Positions 24,001 through 36,954 of a DNA stretch of 64,000 bases are shown here, in pieces; position 1 is the stretch's first letter, and the number at the start of each line of letters is the position of its first letter. The notes beneath the pieces were generated by a model, which had not been told where the DNA came from, did not search any database, and was given only the letters and a program-made list of their open reading frames with translations. Made by a program: the position numbers and the translations under genes. This stretch comes from a virus (Duplodnaviria; Heunggongvirae; Uroviricota; Caudoviricetes). The DNA lies in IMG/VR virus record IMGVR_UViG_2897328257_000003. One strand, 5' to 3'.

Positions 24001-27000
24001 NNNNNNNNNNNNNNNNNNNNNNNNNNNNNNNNNNNNNNNNNNNNNNNNNNNNNNNNNNNNNNNNNNNNNNNNNNNNNNNNNNNNNNNNNNNNNNNNNNNN
24101 NNNNNNNNNNNNNNNNNNNNNNNNNNNNNNNNNNNNNNNNNNNNNNNNNNNNNNNNNNNNNNNNNNNNNNNNNNNNNNNNNNNNNNNNNNNNNNNNNNNN
24201 NNNNNNNNNNNNNNNNNNNNNNNNNNNNNNNNNNNNNNNNNNNNNNNNNNNNNNNNNNNNNNNNNNNNNNNNNNNNNNNNNNNNNNNNNNNNNNNNNNNN
24301 NNNNNNNNNNNNNNNNNNNNNNNNNNNNNNNNNNNNNNNNNNNNNNNNNNNNNNNNNNNNNNNNNNNNNNNNNNNNNNNNNNNNNNNNNNNNNNNNNNNN
24401 NNNNNNNNNNNNNNNNNNNNNNNNNNNNNNNNNNNNNNNNNNNNNNNNNNNNNNNNNNNNNNNNNNNNNNNNNNNNNNNNNNNNNNNNNNNNNNNNNNNN
24501 NNNNNNNNNNNNNNNNNNNNNNNNNNNNNNNNNNNNNNNNNNNNNNNNNNNNNNNNNNNNNNNNNNNNNNNNNNNNNNNNNNNNNNNNNNNNNNNNNNNN
24601 NNNNNNNNNNNNNNNNNNNNNNNNNNNNNNNNNNNNNNNNNNNNNNNNNNNNNNNNNNNNNNNNNNNNNNNNNNNNNNNNNNNNNNNNNNNNNNNNNNNN
24701 NNNNNNNNNNNNNNNNNNNNNNNNNNNNNNNNNNNNNNNNNNNNNNNNNNNNNNNNNNNNNNNNNNNNNNNNNNNNNNNNNNNNNNNNNNNNNNNNNNNN
24801 NNNNNNNNNNNNNNNNNNNNNNNNNNNNNNNNNNNNNNNNNNNNNNNNNNNNNNNNNNNNNNNNNNNNNNNNNNNNNNNNNNNNNNNNNNNNNNNNNNNN
24901 NNNNNNNNNNNNNNNNNNNNNNNNNNNNNNNNNNNNNNNNNNNNNNNNNNNNNNNNNNNNNNNNNNNNNNNNNNNNNNNNNNNNNNNNNNNNNNNNNNNN
25001 NNNNNNNNNNNNNNNNNNNNNNNNNNNNNNNNNNNNNNNNNNNNNNNNNNNNNNNNNNNNNNNNNNNNNNNNNNNNNNNNNNNNNNNNNNNNNNNNNNNN
25101 NNNNNNNNNNNNNNNNNNNNNNNNNNNNNNNNNNNNNNNNNNNNNNNNNNNNNNNNNNNNNNNNNNNNNNNNNNNNNNNNNNNNNNNNNNNNNNNNNNNN
25201 NNNNNNNNNNNNNNNNNNNNNNNNNNNNNNNNNNNNNNNNNNNNNNNNNNNNNNNNNNNNNNNNNNNNNNNNNNNNNNNNNNNNNNNNNNNNNNNNNNNN
25301 NNNNNNNNNNNNNNNNNNNNNNNNNNNNNNNNNNNNNNNNNNNNNNNNNNNNNNNNNNNNNNNNNNNNNNNNNNNNNNNNNNNNNNNNNNNNNNNNNNNN
25401 NNNNNNNNNNNNNNNNNNNNNNNNNNNNNNNNNNNNNNNNNNNNNNNNNNNNNNNNNNNNNNNNNNNNNNNNNNNNNNNNNNNNNNNNNNNNNNNNNNNN
25501 NNNNNNNNNNNNNNNNNNNNNNNNNNNNNNNNNNNNNNNNNNNNNNNNNNNNNNNNNNNNNNNNNNNNNNNNNNNNNNNNNNNNNNNNNNNNNNNNNNNN
25601 NNNNNNNNNNNNNNNNNNNNNNNNNNNNNNNNNNNNNNNNNNNNNNNNNNNNNNNNNNNNNNNNNNNNNNNNNNNNNNNNNNNNNNNNNNNNNNNNNNNN
25701 NNNNNNNNNNNNNNNNNNNNNNNNNNNNNNNNNNNNNNNNNNNNNNNNNNNNNNNNNNNNNNNNNNNNNNNNNNNNNNNNNNNNNNNNNNNNNNNNNNNN
25801 NNNNNNNNNNNNNNNNNNNNNNNNNNNNNNNNNNNNNNNNNNNNNNNNNNNNNNNNNNNNNNNNNNNNNNNNNNNNNNNNNNNNNNNNNNNNNNNNNNNN
25901 NNNNNNNNNNNNNNNNNNNNNNNNNNNNNNNNNNNNNNNNNNNNNNNNNNNNNNNNNNNNNNNNNNNNNNNNNNNNNNNNNNNNNNNNNNNNNNNNNNNN
26001 NNNNNNNNNNNNNNNNNNNNNNNNNNNNNNNNNNNNNNNNNNNNNNNNNNNNNNNNNNNNNNNNNNNNNNNNNNNNNNNNNNNNNNNNNNNNNNNNNNNN
26101 NNNNNNNNNNNNNNNNNNNNNNNNNNNNNNNNNNNNNNNNNNNNNNNNNNNNNNNNNNNNNNNNNNNNNNNNNNNNNNNNNNNNNNNNNNNNNNNNNNNN
26201 NNNNNNNNNNNNNNNNNNNNNNNNNNNNNNNNNNNNNNNNNNNNNNNNNNNNNNNNNNNNNNNNNNNNNNNNNNNNNNNNNNNNNNNNNNNNNNNNNNNN
26301 NNNNNNNNNNNNNNNNNNNNNNNNNNNNNNNNNNNNNNNNNNNNNNNNNNNNNNNNNNNNNNNNNNNNNNNNNNNNNNNNNNNNNNNNNNNNNNNNNNNN
26401 NNNNNNNNNNNNNNNNNNNNNNNNNNNNNNNNNNNNNNNNNNNNNNNNNNNNNNNNNNNNNNNNNNNNNNNNNNNNNNNNNNNNNNNNNNNNNNNNNNNN
26501 NNNNNNNNNNNNNNNNNNNNNNNNNNNNNNNNNNNNNNNNNNNNNNNNNNNNNNNNNNNNNNNNNNNNNNNNNNNNNNNNNNNNNNNNNNNNNNNNNNNN
26601 NNNNNNNNNNNNNNNNNNNNNNNNNNNNNNNNNNNNNNNNNNNNNNNNNNNNNNNNNNNNNNNNNNNNNNNNNNNNNNNNNNNNNNNNNNNNNNNNNNNN
26701 NNNNNNNNNNNNNNNNNNNNNNNNNNNNNNNNNNNNNNNNNNNNNNNNNNNNNNNNNNNNNNNNNNNNNNNNNNNNNNNNNNNNNNNNNNNNNNNNNNNN
26801 NNNNNNNNNNNNNNNNNNNNNNNNNNNNNNNNNNNNNNNNNNNNNNNNNNNNNNNNNNNNNNNNNNNNNNNNNNNNNNNNNNNNNNNNNNNNNNNNNNNN
26901 NNNNNNNNNNNNNNNNNNNNNNNNNNNNNNNNNNNNNNNNNNNNNNNNNNNNNNNNNNNNNNNNNNNNNNNNNNNNNNNNNNNNNNNNNNNNNNNNNNNN

Positions 27001-30000
27001 NNNNNNNNNNNNNNNNNNNNNNNNNNNNNNNNNNNNNNNNNNNNNNNNNNNNNNNNNNNNNNNNNNNNNNNNNNNNNNNNNNNNNNNNNNNNNNNNNNNN
27101 NNNNNNNNNNNNNNNNNNNNNNNNNNNNNNNNNNNNNNNNNNNNNNNNNNNNNNNNNNNNNNNNNNNNNNNNNNNNNNNNNNNNNNNNNNNNNNNNNNNN
27201 NNNNNNNNNNNNNNNNNNNNNNNNNNNNNNNNNNNNNNNNNNNNNNNNNNNNNNNNNNNNNNNNNNNNNNNNNNNNNNNNNNNNNNNNNNNNNNNNNNNN
27301 NNNNNNNNNNNNNNNNNNNNNNNNNNNNNNNNNNNNNNNNNNNNNNNNNNNNNNNNNNNNNNNNNNNNNNNNNNNNNNNNNNNNNNNNNNNNNNNNNNNN
27401 NNNNNNNNNNNNNNNNNNNNNNNNNNNNNNNNNNNNNNNNNNNNNNNNNNNNNNNNNNNNNNNNNNNNNNNNNNNNNNNNNNNNNNNNNNNNNNNNNNNN
27501 NNNNNNNNNNNNNNNNNNNNNNNNNNNNNNNNNNNNNNNNNNNNNNNNNNNNNNNNNNNNNNNNNNNNNNNNNNNNNNNNNNNNNNNNNNNNNNNNNNNN
27601 NNNNNNNNNNNNNNNNNNNNNNNNNNNNNNNNNNNNNNNNNNNNNNNNNNNNNNNNNNNNNNNNNNNNNNNNNNNNNNNNNNNNNNNNNNNNNNNNNNNN
27701 NNNNNNNNNNNNNNNNNNNNNNNNNNNNNNNNNNNNNNNNNNNNNNNNNNNNNNNNNNNNNNNNNNNNNNNNNNNNNNNNNNNNNNNNNNNNNNNNNNNN
27801 NNNNNNNNNNNNNNNNNNNNNNNNNNNNNNNNNNNNNNNNNNNNNNNNNNNNNNNNNNNNNNNNNNNNNNNNNNNNNNNNNNNNNNNNNNNNNNNNNNNN
27901 NNNNNNNNNNNNNNNNNNNNNNNNNNNNNNNNNNNNNNNNNNNNNNNNNNNNNNNNNNNNNNNNNNNNNNNNNNNNNNNNNNNNNNNNNNNNNNNNNNNN
28001 NNNNNNNNNNNNNNNNNNNNNNNNNNNNNNNNNNNNNNNNNNNNNNNNNNNNNNNNNNNNNNNNNNNNNNNNNNNNNNNNNNNNNNNNNNNNNNNNNNNN
28101 NNNNNNNNNNNNNNNNNNNNNNNNNNNNNNNNNNNNNNNNNNNNNNNNNNNNNNNNNNNNNNNNNNNNNNNNNNNNNNNNNNNNNNNNNNNNNNNNNNNN
28201 NNNNNNNNNNNNNNNNNNNNNNNNNNNNNNNNNNNNNNNNNNNNNNNNNNNNNNNNNNNNNNNNNNNNNNNNNNNNNNNNNNNNNNNNNNNNNNNNNNNN
28301 NNNNNNNNNNNNNNNNNNNNNNNNNNNNNNNNNNNNNNNNNNNNNNNNNNNNNNNNNNNNNNNNNNNNNNNNNNNNNNNNNNNNNNNNNNNNNNNNNNNN
28401 NNNNNNNNNNNNNNNNNNNNNNNNNNNNNNNNNNNNNNNNNNNNNNNNNNNNNNNNNNNNNNNNNNNNNNNNNNNNNNNNNNNNNNNNNNNNNNNNNNNN
28501 NNNNNNNNNNNNNNNNNNNNNNNNNNNNNNNNNNNNNNNNNNNNNNNNNNNNNNNNNNNNNNNNNNNNNNNNNNNNNNNNNNNNNNNNNNNNNNNNNNNN
28601 NNNNNNNNNNNNNNNNNNNNNNNNNNNNNNNNNNNNNNNNNNNNNNNNNNNNNNNNNNNNNNNNNNNNNNNNNNNNNNNNNNNNNNNNNNNNNNNNNNNN
28701 NNNNNNNNNNNNNNNNNNNNNNNNNNNNNNNNNNNNNNNNNNNNNNNNNNNNNNNNNNNNNNNNNNNNNNNNNNNNNNNNNNNNNNNNNNNNNNNNNNNN
28801 NNNNNNNNNNNNNNNNNNNNNNNNNNNNNNNNNNNNNNNNNNNNNNNNNNNNNNNNNNNNNNNNNNNNNNNNNNNNNNNNNNNNNNNNNNNNNNNNNNNN
28901 NNNNNNNNNNNNNNNNNNNNNNNNNNNNNNNNNNNNNNNNNNNNNNNNNNNNNNNNNNNNNNNNNNNNNNNNNNNNNNNNNNNNNNNNNNNNNNNNNNNN
29001 NNNNNNNNNNNNNNNNNNNNNNNNNNNNNNNNNNNNNNNNNNNNNNNNNNNNNNNNNNNNNNNNNNNNNNNNNNNNNNNNNNNNNNNNNNNNNNNNNNNN
29101 NNNNNNNNNNNNNNNNNNNNNNNNNNNNNNNNNNNNNNNNNNNNNNNNNNNNNNNNNNNNNNNNNNNNNNNNNNNNNNNNNNNNNNNNNNNNNNNNNNNN
29201 NNNNNNNNNNNNNNNNNNNNNNNNNNNNNNNNNNNNNNNNNNNNNNNNNNNNNNNNNNNNNNNNNNNNNNNNNNNNNNNNNNNNNNNNNNNNNNNNNNNN
29301 NNNNNNNNNNNNNNNNNNNNNNNNNNNNNNNNNNNNNNNNNNNNNNNNNNNNNNNNNNNNNNNNNNNNNNNNNNNNNNNNNNNNNNNNNNNNNNNNNNNN
29401 NNNNNNNNNNNNNNNNNNNNNNNNNNNNNNNNNNNNNNNNNNNNNNNNNNNNNNNNNNNNNNNNNNNNNNNNNNNNNNNNNNNNNNNNNNNNNNNNNNNN
29501 NNNNNNNNNNNNNNNNNNNNNNNNNNNNNNNNNNNNNNNNNNNNNNNNNNNNNNNNNNNNNNNNNNNNNNNNNNNNNNNNNNNNNNNNNNNNNNNNNNNN
29601 NNNNNNNNNNNNNNNNNNNNNNNNNNNNNNNNNNNNNNNNNNNNNNNNNNNNNNNNNNNNNNNNNNNNNNNNNNNNNNNNNNNNNNNNNNNNNNNNNNNN
29701 NNNNNNNNNNNNNNNNNNNNNNNNNNNNNNNNNNNNNNNNNNNNNNNNNNNNNNNNNNNNNNNNNNNNNNNNNNNNNNNNNNNNNNNNNNNNNNNNNNNN
29801 NNNNNNNNNNNNNNNNNNNNNNNNNNNNNNNNNNNNNNNNNNNNNNNNNNNNNNNNNNNNNNNNNNNNNNNNNNNNNNNNNNNNNNNNNNNNNNNNNNNN
29901 NNNNNNNNNNNNNNNNNNNNNNNNNNNNNNNNNNNNNNNNNNNNNNNNNNNNNNNNNNNNNNNNNNNNNNNNNNNNNNNNNNNNNNNNNNNNNNNNNNNN

Positions 30001-33000
30001 NNNNNNNNNNNNNNNNNNNNNNNNNNNNNNNNNNNNNNNNNNNNNNNNNNNNNNNNNNNNNNNNNNNNNNNNNNNNNNNNNNNNNNNNNNNNNNNNNNNN
30101 NNNNNNNNNNNNNNNNNNNNNNNNNNNNNNNNNNNNNNNNNNNNNNNNNNNNNNNNNNNNNNNNNNNNNNNNNNNNNNNNNNNNNNNNNNNNNNNNNNNN
30201 NNNNNNNNNNNNNNNNNNNNNNNNNNNNNNNNNNNNNNNNNNNNNNNNNNNNNNNNNNNNNNNNNNNNNNNNNNNNNNNNNNNNNNNNNNNNNNNNNNNN
30301 NNNNNNNNNNNNNNNNNNNNNNNNNNNNNNNNNNNNNNNNNNNNNNNNNNNNNNNNNNNNNNNNNNNNNNNNNNNNNNNNNNNNNNNNNNNNNNNNNNNN
30401 NNNNNNNNNNNNNNNNNNNNNNNNNNNNNNNNNNNNNNNNNNNNNNNNNNNNNNNNNNNNNNNNNNNNNNNNNNNNNNNNNNNNNNNNNNNNNNNNNNNN
30501 NNNNNNNNNNNNNNNNNNNNNNNNNNNNNNNNNNNNNNNNNNNNNNNNNNNNNNNNNNNNNNNNNNNNNNNNNNNNNNNNNNNNNNNNNNNNNNNNNNNN
30601 NNNNNNNNNNNNNNNNNNNNNNNNNNNNNNNNNNNNNNNNNNNNNNNNNNNNNNNNNNNNNNNNNNNNNNNNNNNNNNNNNNNNNNNNNNNNNNNNNNNN
30701 NNNNNNNNNNNNNNNNNNNNNNNNNNNNNNNNNNNNNNNNNNNNNNNNNNNNNNNNNNNNNNNNNNNNNNNNNNNNNNNNNNNNNNNNNNNNNNNNNNNN
30801 NNNNNNNNNNNNNNNNNNNNNNNNNNNNNNNNNNNNNNNNNNNNNNNNNNNNNNNNNNNNNNNNNNNNNNNNNNNNNNNNNNNNNNNNNNNNNNNNNNNN
30901 NNNNNNNNNNNNNNNNNNNNNNNNNNNNNNNNNNNNNNNNNNNNNNNNNNNNNNNNNNNNNNNNNNNNNNNNNNNNNNNNNNNNNNNNNNNNNNNNNNNN
31001 NNNNNNNNNNNNNNNNNNNNNNNNNNNNNNNNNNNNNNNNNNNNNNNNNNNNNNNNNNNNNNNNNNNNNNNNNNNNNNNNNNNNNNNNNNNNNNNNNNNN
31101 NNNNNNNNNNNNNNNNNNNNNNNNNNNNNNNNNNNNNNNNNNNNNNNNNNNNNNNNNNNNNNNNNNNNNNNNNNNNNNNNNNNNNNNNNNNNNNNNNNNN
31201 NNNNNNNNNNNNNNNNNNNNNNNNNNNNNNNNNNNNNNNNNNNNNNNNNNNNNNNNNNNNNNNNNNNNNNNNNNNNNNNNNNNNNNNNNNNNNNNNNNNN
31301 NNNNNNNNNNNNNNNNNNNNNNNNNNNNNNNNNNNNNNNNNNNNNNNNNNNNNNNNNNNNNNNNNNNNNNNNNNNNNNNNNNNNNNNNNNNNNNNNNNNN
31401 NNNNNNNNNNNNNNNNNNNNNNNNNNNNNNNNNNNNNNNNNNNNNNNNNNNNNNNNNNNNNNNNNNNNNNNNNNNNNNNNNNNNNNNNNNNNNNNNNNNN
31501 NNNNNNNNNNNNNNNNNNNNNNNNNNNNNNNNNNNNNNNNNNNNNNNNNNNNNNNNNNNNNNNNNNNNNNNNNNNNNNNNNNNNNNNNNNNNNNNNNNNN
31601 NNNNNNNNNNNNNNNNNNNNNNNNNNNNNNNNNNNNNNNNNNNNNNNNNNNNNNNNNNNNNNNNNNNNNNNNNNNNNNNNNNNNNNNNNNNNNNNNNNNN
31701 NNNNNNNNNNNNNNNNNNNNNNNNNNNNNNNNNNNNNNNNNNNNNNNNNNNNNNNNNNNNNNNNNNNNNNNNNNNNNNNNNNNNNNNNNNNNNNNNNNNN
31801 NNNNNNNNNNNNNNNNNNNNNNNNNNNNNNNNNNNNNNNNNNNNNNNNNNNNNNNNNNNNNNNNNNNNNNNNNNNNNNNNNNNNNNNNNNNNNNNNNNNN
31901 NNNNNNNNNNNNNNNNNNNNNNNNNNNNNNNNNNNNNNNNNNNNNNNNNNNNNNNNNNNNNNNNNNNNNNNNNNNNNNNNNNNNNNNNNNNNNNNNNNNN
32001 NNNNNNNNNNNNNNNNNNNNNNNNNNNNNNNNNNNNNNNNNNNNNNNNNNNNNNNNNNNNNNNNNNNNNNNNNNNNNNNNNNNNNNNNNNNNNNNNNNNN
32101 NNNNNNNNNNNNNNNNNNNNNNNNNNNNNNNNNNNNNNNNNNNNNNNNNNNNNNNNNNNNNNNNNNNNNNNNNNNNNNNNNNNNNNNNNNNNNNNNNNNN
32201 NNNNNNNNNNNNNNNNNNNNNNNNNNNNNNNNNNNNNNNNNNNNNNNNNNNNNNNNNNNNNNNNNNNNNNNNNNNNNNNNNNNNNNNNNNNNNNNNNNNN
32301 NNNNNNNNNNNNNNNNNNNNNNNNNNNNNNNNNNNNNNNNNNNNNNNNNNNNNNNNNNNNNNNNNNNNNNNNNNNNNNNNNNNNNNNNNNNNNNNNNNNN
32401 NNNNNNNNNNNNNNNNNNNNNNNNNNNNNNNNNNNNNNNNNNNNNNNNNNNNNNNNNNNNNNNNNNNNNNNNNNNNNNNNNNNNNNNNNNNNNNNNNNNN
32501 NNNNNNNNNNNNNNNNNNNNNNNNNNNNNNNNNNNNNNNNNNNNNNNNNNNNNNNNNNNNNNNNNNNNNNNNNNNNNNNNNNNNNNNNNNNNNNNNNNNN
32601 NNNNNNNNNNNNNNNNNNNNNNNNNNNNNNNNNNNNNNNNNNNNNNNNNNNNNNNNNNNNNNNNNNNNNNNNNNNNNNNNNNNNNNNNNNNNNNNNNNNN
32701 NNNNNNNNNNNNNNNNNNNNNNNNNNNNNNNNNNNNNNNNNNNNNNNNNNNNNNNNNNNNNNNNNNNNNNNNNNNNNNNNNNNNNNNNNNNNNNNNNNNN
32801 NNNNNNNNNNNNNNNNNNNNNNNNNNNNNNNNNNNNNNNNNNNNNNNNNNNNNNNNNNNNNNNNNNNNNNNNNNNNNNNNNNNNNNNNNNNNNNNNNNNN
32901 NNNNNNNNNNNNNNNNNNNNNNNNNNNNNNNNNNNNNNNNNNNNNNNNNNNNNNNNNNNNNNNNNNNNNNNNNNNNNNNNNNNNNNNNNNNNNNNNNNNN

Positions 33001-36000
33001 NNNNNNNNNNNNNNNNNNNNNNNNNNNNNNNNNNNNNNNNNNNNNNNNNNNNNNNNNNNNNNNNNNNNNNNNNNNNNNNNNNNNNNNNNNNNNNNNNNNN
33101 NNNNNNNNNNNNNNNNNNNNNNNNNNNNNNNNNNNNNNNNNNNNNNNNNNNNNNNNNNNNNNNNNNNNNNNNNNNNNNNNNNNNNNNNNNNNNNNNNNNN
33201 NNNNNNNNNNNNNNNNNNNNNNNNNNNNNNNNNNNNNNNNNNNNNNNNNNNNNNNNNNNNNNNNNNNNNNNNNNNNNNNNNNNNNNNNNNNNNNNNNNNN
33301 NNNNNNNNNNNNNNNNNNNNNNNNNNNNNNNNNNNNNNNNNNNNNNNNNNNNNNNNNNNNNNNNNNNNNNNNNNNNNNNNNNNNNNNNNNNNNNNNNNNN
33401 NNNNNNNNNNNNNNNNNNNNNNNNNNNNNNNNNNNNNNNNNNNNNNNNNNNNNNNNNNNNNNNNNNNNNNNNNNNNNNNNNNNNNNNNNNNNNNNNNNNN
33501 NNNNNNNNNNNNNNNNNNNNNNNNNNNNNNNNNNNNNNNNNNNNNNNNNNNNNNNNNNNNNNNNNNNNNNNNNNNNNNNNNNNNNNNNNNNNNNNNNNNN
33601 NNNNNNNNNNNNNNNNNNNNNNNNNNNNNNNNNNNNNNNNNNNNNNNNNNNNNNNNNNNNNNNNNNNNNNNNNNNNNNNNNNNNNNNNNNNNNNNNNNNN
33701 NNNNNNNNNNNNNNNNNNNNNNNNNNNNNNNNNNNNNNNNNNNNNNNNNNNNNNNNNNNNNNNNNNNNNNNNNNNNNNNNNNNNNNNNNNNNNNNNNNNN
33801 NNNNNNNNNNNNNNNNNNNNNNNNNNNNNNNNNNNNNNNNNNNNNNNNNNNNNNNNNNNNNNNNNNNNNNNNNNNNNNNNNNNNNNNNNNNNNNNNNNNN
33901 NNNNNNNNNNNNNNNNNNNNNNNNNNNNNNNNNNNNNNNNNNNNNNNNNNNNNNNNNNNNNNNNNNNNNNNNNNNNNNNNNNNNNNNNNNNNNNNNNNNN
34001 NNNNNNNNNNNNNNNNNNNNNNNNNNNNNNNNNNNNNNNNNNNNNNNNNNNNNNNNNNNNNNNNNNNNNNNNNNNNNNNNNNNNNNNNNNNNNNNNNNNN
34101 NNNNNNNNNNNNNNNNNNNNNNNNNNNNNNNNNNNNNNNNNNNNNNNNNNNNNNNNNNNNNNNNNNNNNNNNNNNNNNNNNNNNNNNNNNNNNNNNNNNN
34201 NNNNNNNNNNNNNNNNNNNNNNNNNNNNNNNNNNNNNNNNNNNNNNNNNNNNNNNNNNNNNNNNNNNNNNNNNNNNNNNNNNNNNNNNNNNNNNNNNNNN
34301 NNNNNNNNNNNNNNNNNNNNNNNNNNNNNNNNNNNNNNNNNNNNNNNNNNNNNNNNNNNNNNNNNNNNNNNNNNNNNNNNNNNNNNNNNNNNNNNNNNNN
34401 NNNNNNNNNNNNNNNNNNNNNNNNNNNNNNNNNNNNNNNNNNNNNNNNNNNNNNNNNNNNNNNNNNNNNNNNNNNNNNNNNNNNNNNNNNNNNNNNNNNN
34501 NNNNNNNNNNNNNNNNNNNNNNNNNNNNNNNNNNNNNNNNNNNNNNNNNNNNNNNNNNNNNNNNNNNNNNNNNNNNNNNNNNNNNNNNNNNNNNNNNNNN
34601 NNNNNNNNNNNNNNNNNNNNNNNNNNNNNNNNNNNNNNNNNNNNNNNNNNNNNNNNNNNNNNNNNNNNNNNNNNNNNNNNNNNNNNNNNNNNNNNNNNNN
34701 NNNNNNNNNNNNNNNNNNNNNNNNNNNNNNNNNNNNNNNNNNNNNNNNNNNNNNNNNNNNNNNNNNNNNNNNNNNNNNNNNNNNNNNNNNNNNNNNNNNN
34801 NNNNNNNNNNNNNNNNNNNNNNNNNNNNNNNNNNNNNNNNNNNNNNNNNNNNNNNNNNNNNNNNNNNNNNNNNNNNNNNNNNNNNNNNNNNNNNNNNNNN
34901 NNNNNNNNNNNNNNNNNNNNNNNNNNNNNNNNNNNNNNNNNNNNNNNNNNNNNNNNNNNNNNNNNNNNNNNNNNNNNNNNNNNNNNNNNNNNNNNNNNNN
35001 NNNNNNNNNNNNNNNNNNNNNNNNNNNNNNNNNNNNNNNNNNNNNNNNNNNNNNNNNNNNNNNNNNNNNNNNNNNNNNNNNNNNNNNNNNNNNNNNNNNN
35101 NNNNNNNNNNNNNNNNNNNNNNNNNNNNNNNNNNNNNNNNNNNNNNNNNNNNNNNNNNNNNNNNNNNNNNNNNNNNNNNNNNNNNNNNNNNNNNNNNNNN
35201 NNNNNNNNNNNNNNNNNNNNNNNNNNNNNNNNNNNNNNNNNNNNNNNNNNNNNNNNNNNNNNNNNNNNNNNNNNNNNNNNNNNNNNNNNNNNNNNNNNNN
35301 NNNNNNNNNNNNNNNNNNNNNNNNNNNNNNNNNNNNNNNNNNNNNNNNNNNNNNNNNNNNNNNNNNNNNNNNNNNNNNNNNNNNNNNNNNNNNNNNNNNN
35401 NNNNNNNNNNNNNNNNNNNNNNNNNNNNNNNNNNNNNNNNNNNNNNNNNNNNNNNNNNNNNNNNNNNNNNNNNNNNNNNNNNNNNNNNNNNNNNNNNNNN
35501 NNNNNNNNNNNNNNNNNNNNNNNNNNNNNNNNNNNNNNNNNNNNNNNNNNNNNNNNNNNNNNNNNNNNNNNNNNNNNNNNNNNNNNNNNNNNNNNNNNNN
35601 NNNNNNNNNNNNNNNNNNNNNNNNNNNNNNNNNNNNNNNNNNNNNNNNNNNNNNNNNNNNNNNNNNNNNNNNNNNNNNNNNNNNNNNNNNNNNNNNNNNN
35701 NNNNNNNNNNNNNNNNNNNNNNNNNNNNNNNNNNNNNNNNNNNNNNNNNNNNNNNNNNNNNNNNNNNNNNNNNNNNNNNNNNNNNNNNNNNNNNNNNNNN
35801 NNNNNNNNNNNNNNNNNNNNNNNNNNNNNNNNNNNNNNNNNNNNNNNNNNNNNNNNNNNNNNNNNNNNNNNNNNNNNNNNNNNNNNNNNNNNNNNNNNNN
35901 NNNNNNNNNNNNNNNNNNNNNNNNNNNNNNNNNNNNNNNNNNNNNNNNNNNNNNNNNNNNNNNNNNNNNNNNNNNNNNNNNNNNNNNNNNNNNNNNNNNN

Positions 36001-36269
36001 NNNNNNNNNNNNNNNNNNNNNNNNNNNNNNNNNNNNNNNNNNNNNNNNNNNNNNNNNNNNNNNNNNNNNNNNNNNNNNNNNNNNNNNNNNNNNNNNNNNN
36101 NNNNNNNNNNNNNNNNNNNNNNNNNNNNNNNNNNNNNNNNNNNNNNNNNNNNNNNNNNNNNNNNNNNNNNNNNNNNNNNNNNNNNNNNNNNNNNNNNNNN
36201 NNNNNNNNNNNNNNNNNNNNNNNNNNNNNNNNNNNNNNNNNNNNNNNNNNNNNNNNNNNNNNNNNNNNN
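1..36269. other. Unresolved N run; no sequence information
   Basis: All bases are n; sequence begins at 36270. Confidence 0.99.
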
Positions 36270-36305
36270 ACAGGGTTGGCTGGGCACAGGAATAACAGAC
36301 AAAAA

Positions 36306-36331
36306 GATGGGGGACCATCACTTCCCCCATG
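36306..36331 (-). terminator. Possible rho-independent terminator downstream of the YkgJ-like ORF
   Basis: Inverted repeat gatggggg/cccccatc; on the minus strand it is followed by a T-run (plus-strand caaaaa just upstream). Confidence 0.3.
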
Positions 36332-36459
36332 AACTGCGTTGATTATGTCATTATTGTGAAGAGACCTTACCTACACAGATAAAGAATGCCACGGAAAAGT
36401 TAATTCCGGAAGTGACGGAAATCTCATTTTTCGTGCATCCTGTTGATATGGATGATTTT

Positions 36460-36789
36460 TCAGATTTCCGGAAGTCCGTATTTTGCCCGGGCGCGGTTGC
36501 ATGCTTCATTCGCGATGCCATTTTCTCCGGACATTGCGAATTCCCGGCATGTGGACGGACGGTTTTTGTAAACAGAGCAATATGCGTTTTCACCCGGAGT
36601 TCCCGCCAGAGCGACACATCGGGGATTTTTCTGACTTGTGCCGCGCATACAGCGATGAAAGGGGGATATTTGCTCAGTGAGACTGACCGGAACCTTTCCG
36701 CCAGCATCGTCAGCTTCTGCCCAGTAAAAAGAGACGCGGAAAAATGCACAACAGGCACCACACGTCATGCATGGATTCGGATTGTTCAT
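36460..36789 (-). CDS. YkgJ-family cysteine-cluster protein (CxxCGACC motif), 109 aa
   Basis: Six-frame ORF; N-terminal motif [21 protein letters not shown] is the hallmark CxxCxxCC pattern of the YkgJ/UPF0153 family. No strong SD seen. Confidence 0.5.
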   Translation of the reverse strand: MNNPNPCMTCGACCAFFRVSFYWAEADDAGGKVPVSLTEQISPFHRCMRGTSQKNPRCVALAGTPGENAYCSVYKNRPSTCREFAMSGENGIANEACNRARAKYGLPEI

Positions 36790-36887
36790 TTTTATACTAT
36801 TTGTTGTTTTTTCAGCGATCAGATCAAAGGGCGCTGAAAAAAAACATTCTCCAAAATTAGATTATAACTATTTGATTTTATGGATAG

Positions 36888-36921
36888 AGGCATGCTTTTT
36901 ACGCAAAAGTAAAAAGCATGC
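36888..36921. terminator. Perfect 12-bp-stem hairpin between the potB stop and upstream foreign sequence
   Basis: ggcatgcttttt-acgcaaaagt-aaaaagcatgcc; symmetric stem with A/T-rich arms, located just after the potB stop (minus strand). Confidence 0.4.
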
Positions 36922-36954
36922 CAAATTTGCTATTAACTCTTTGAATATTCAGCA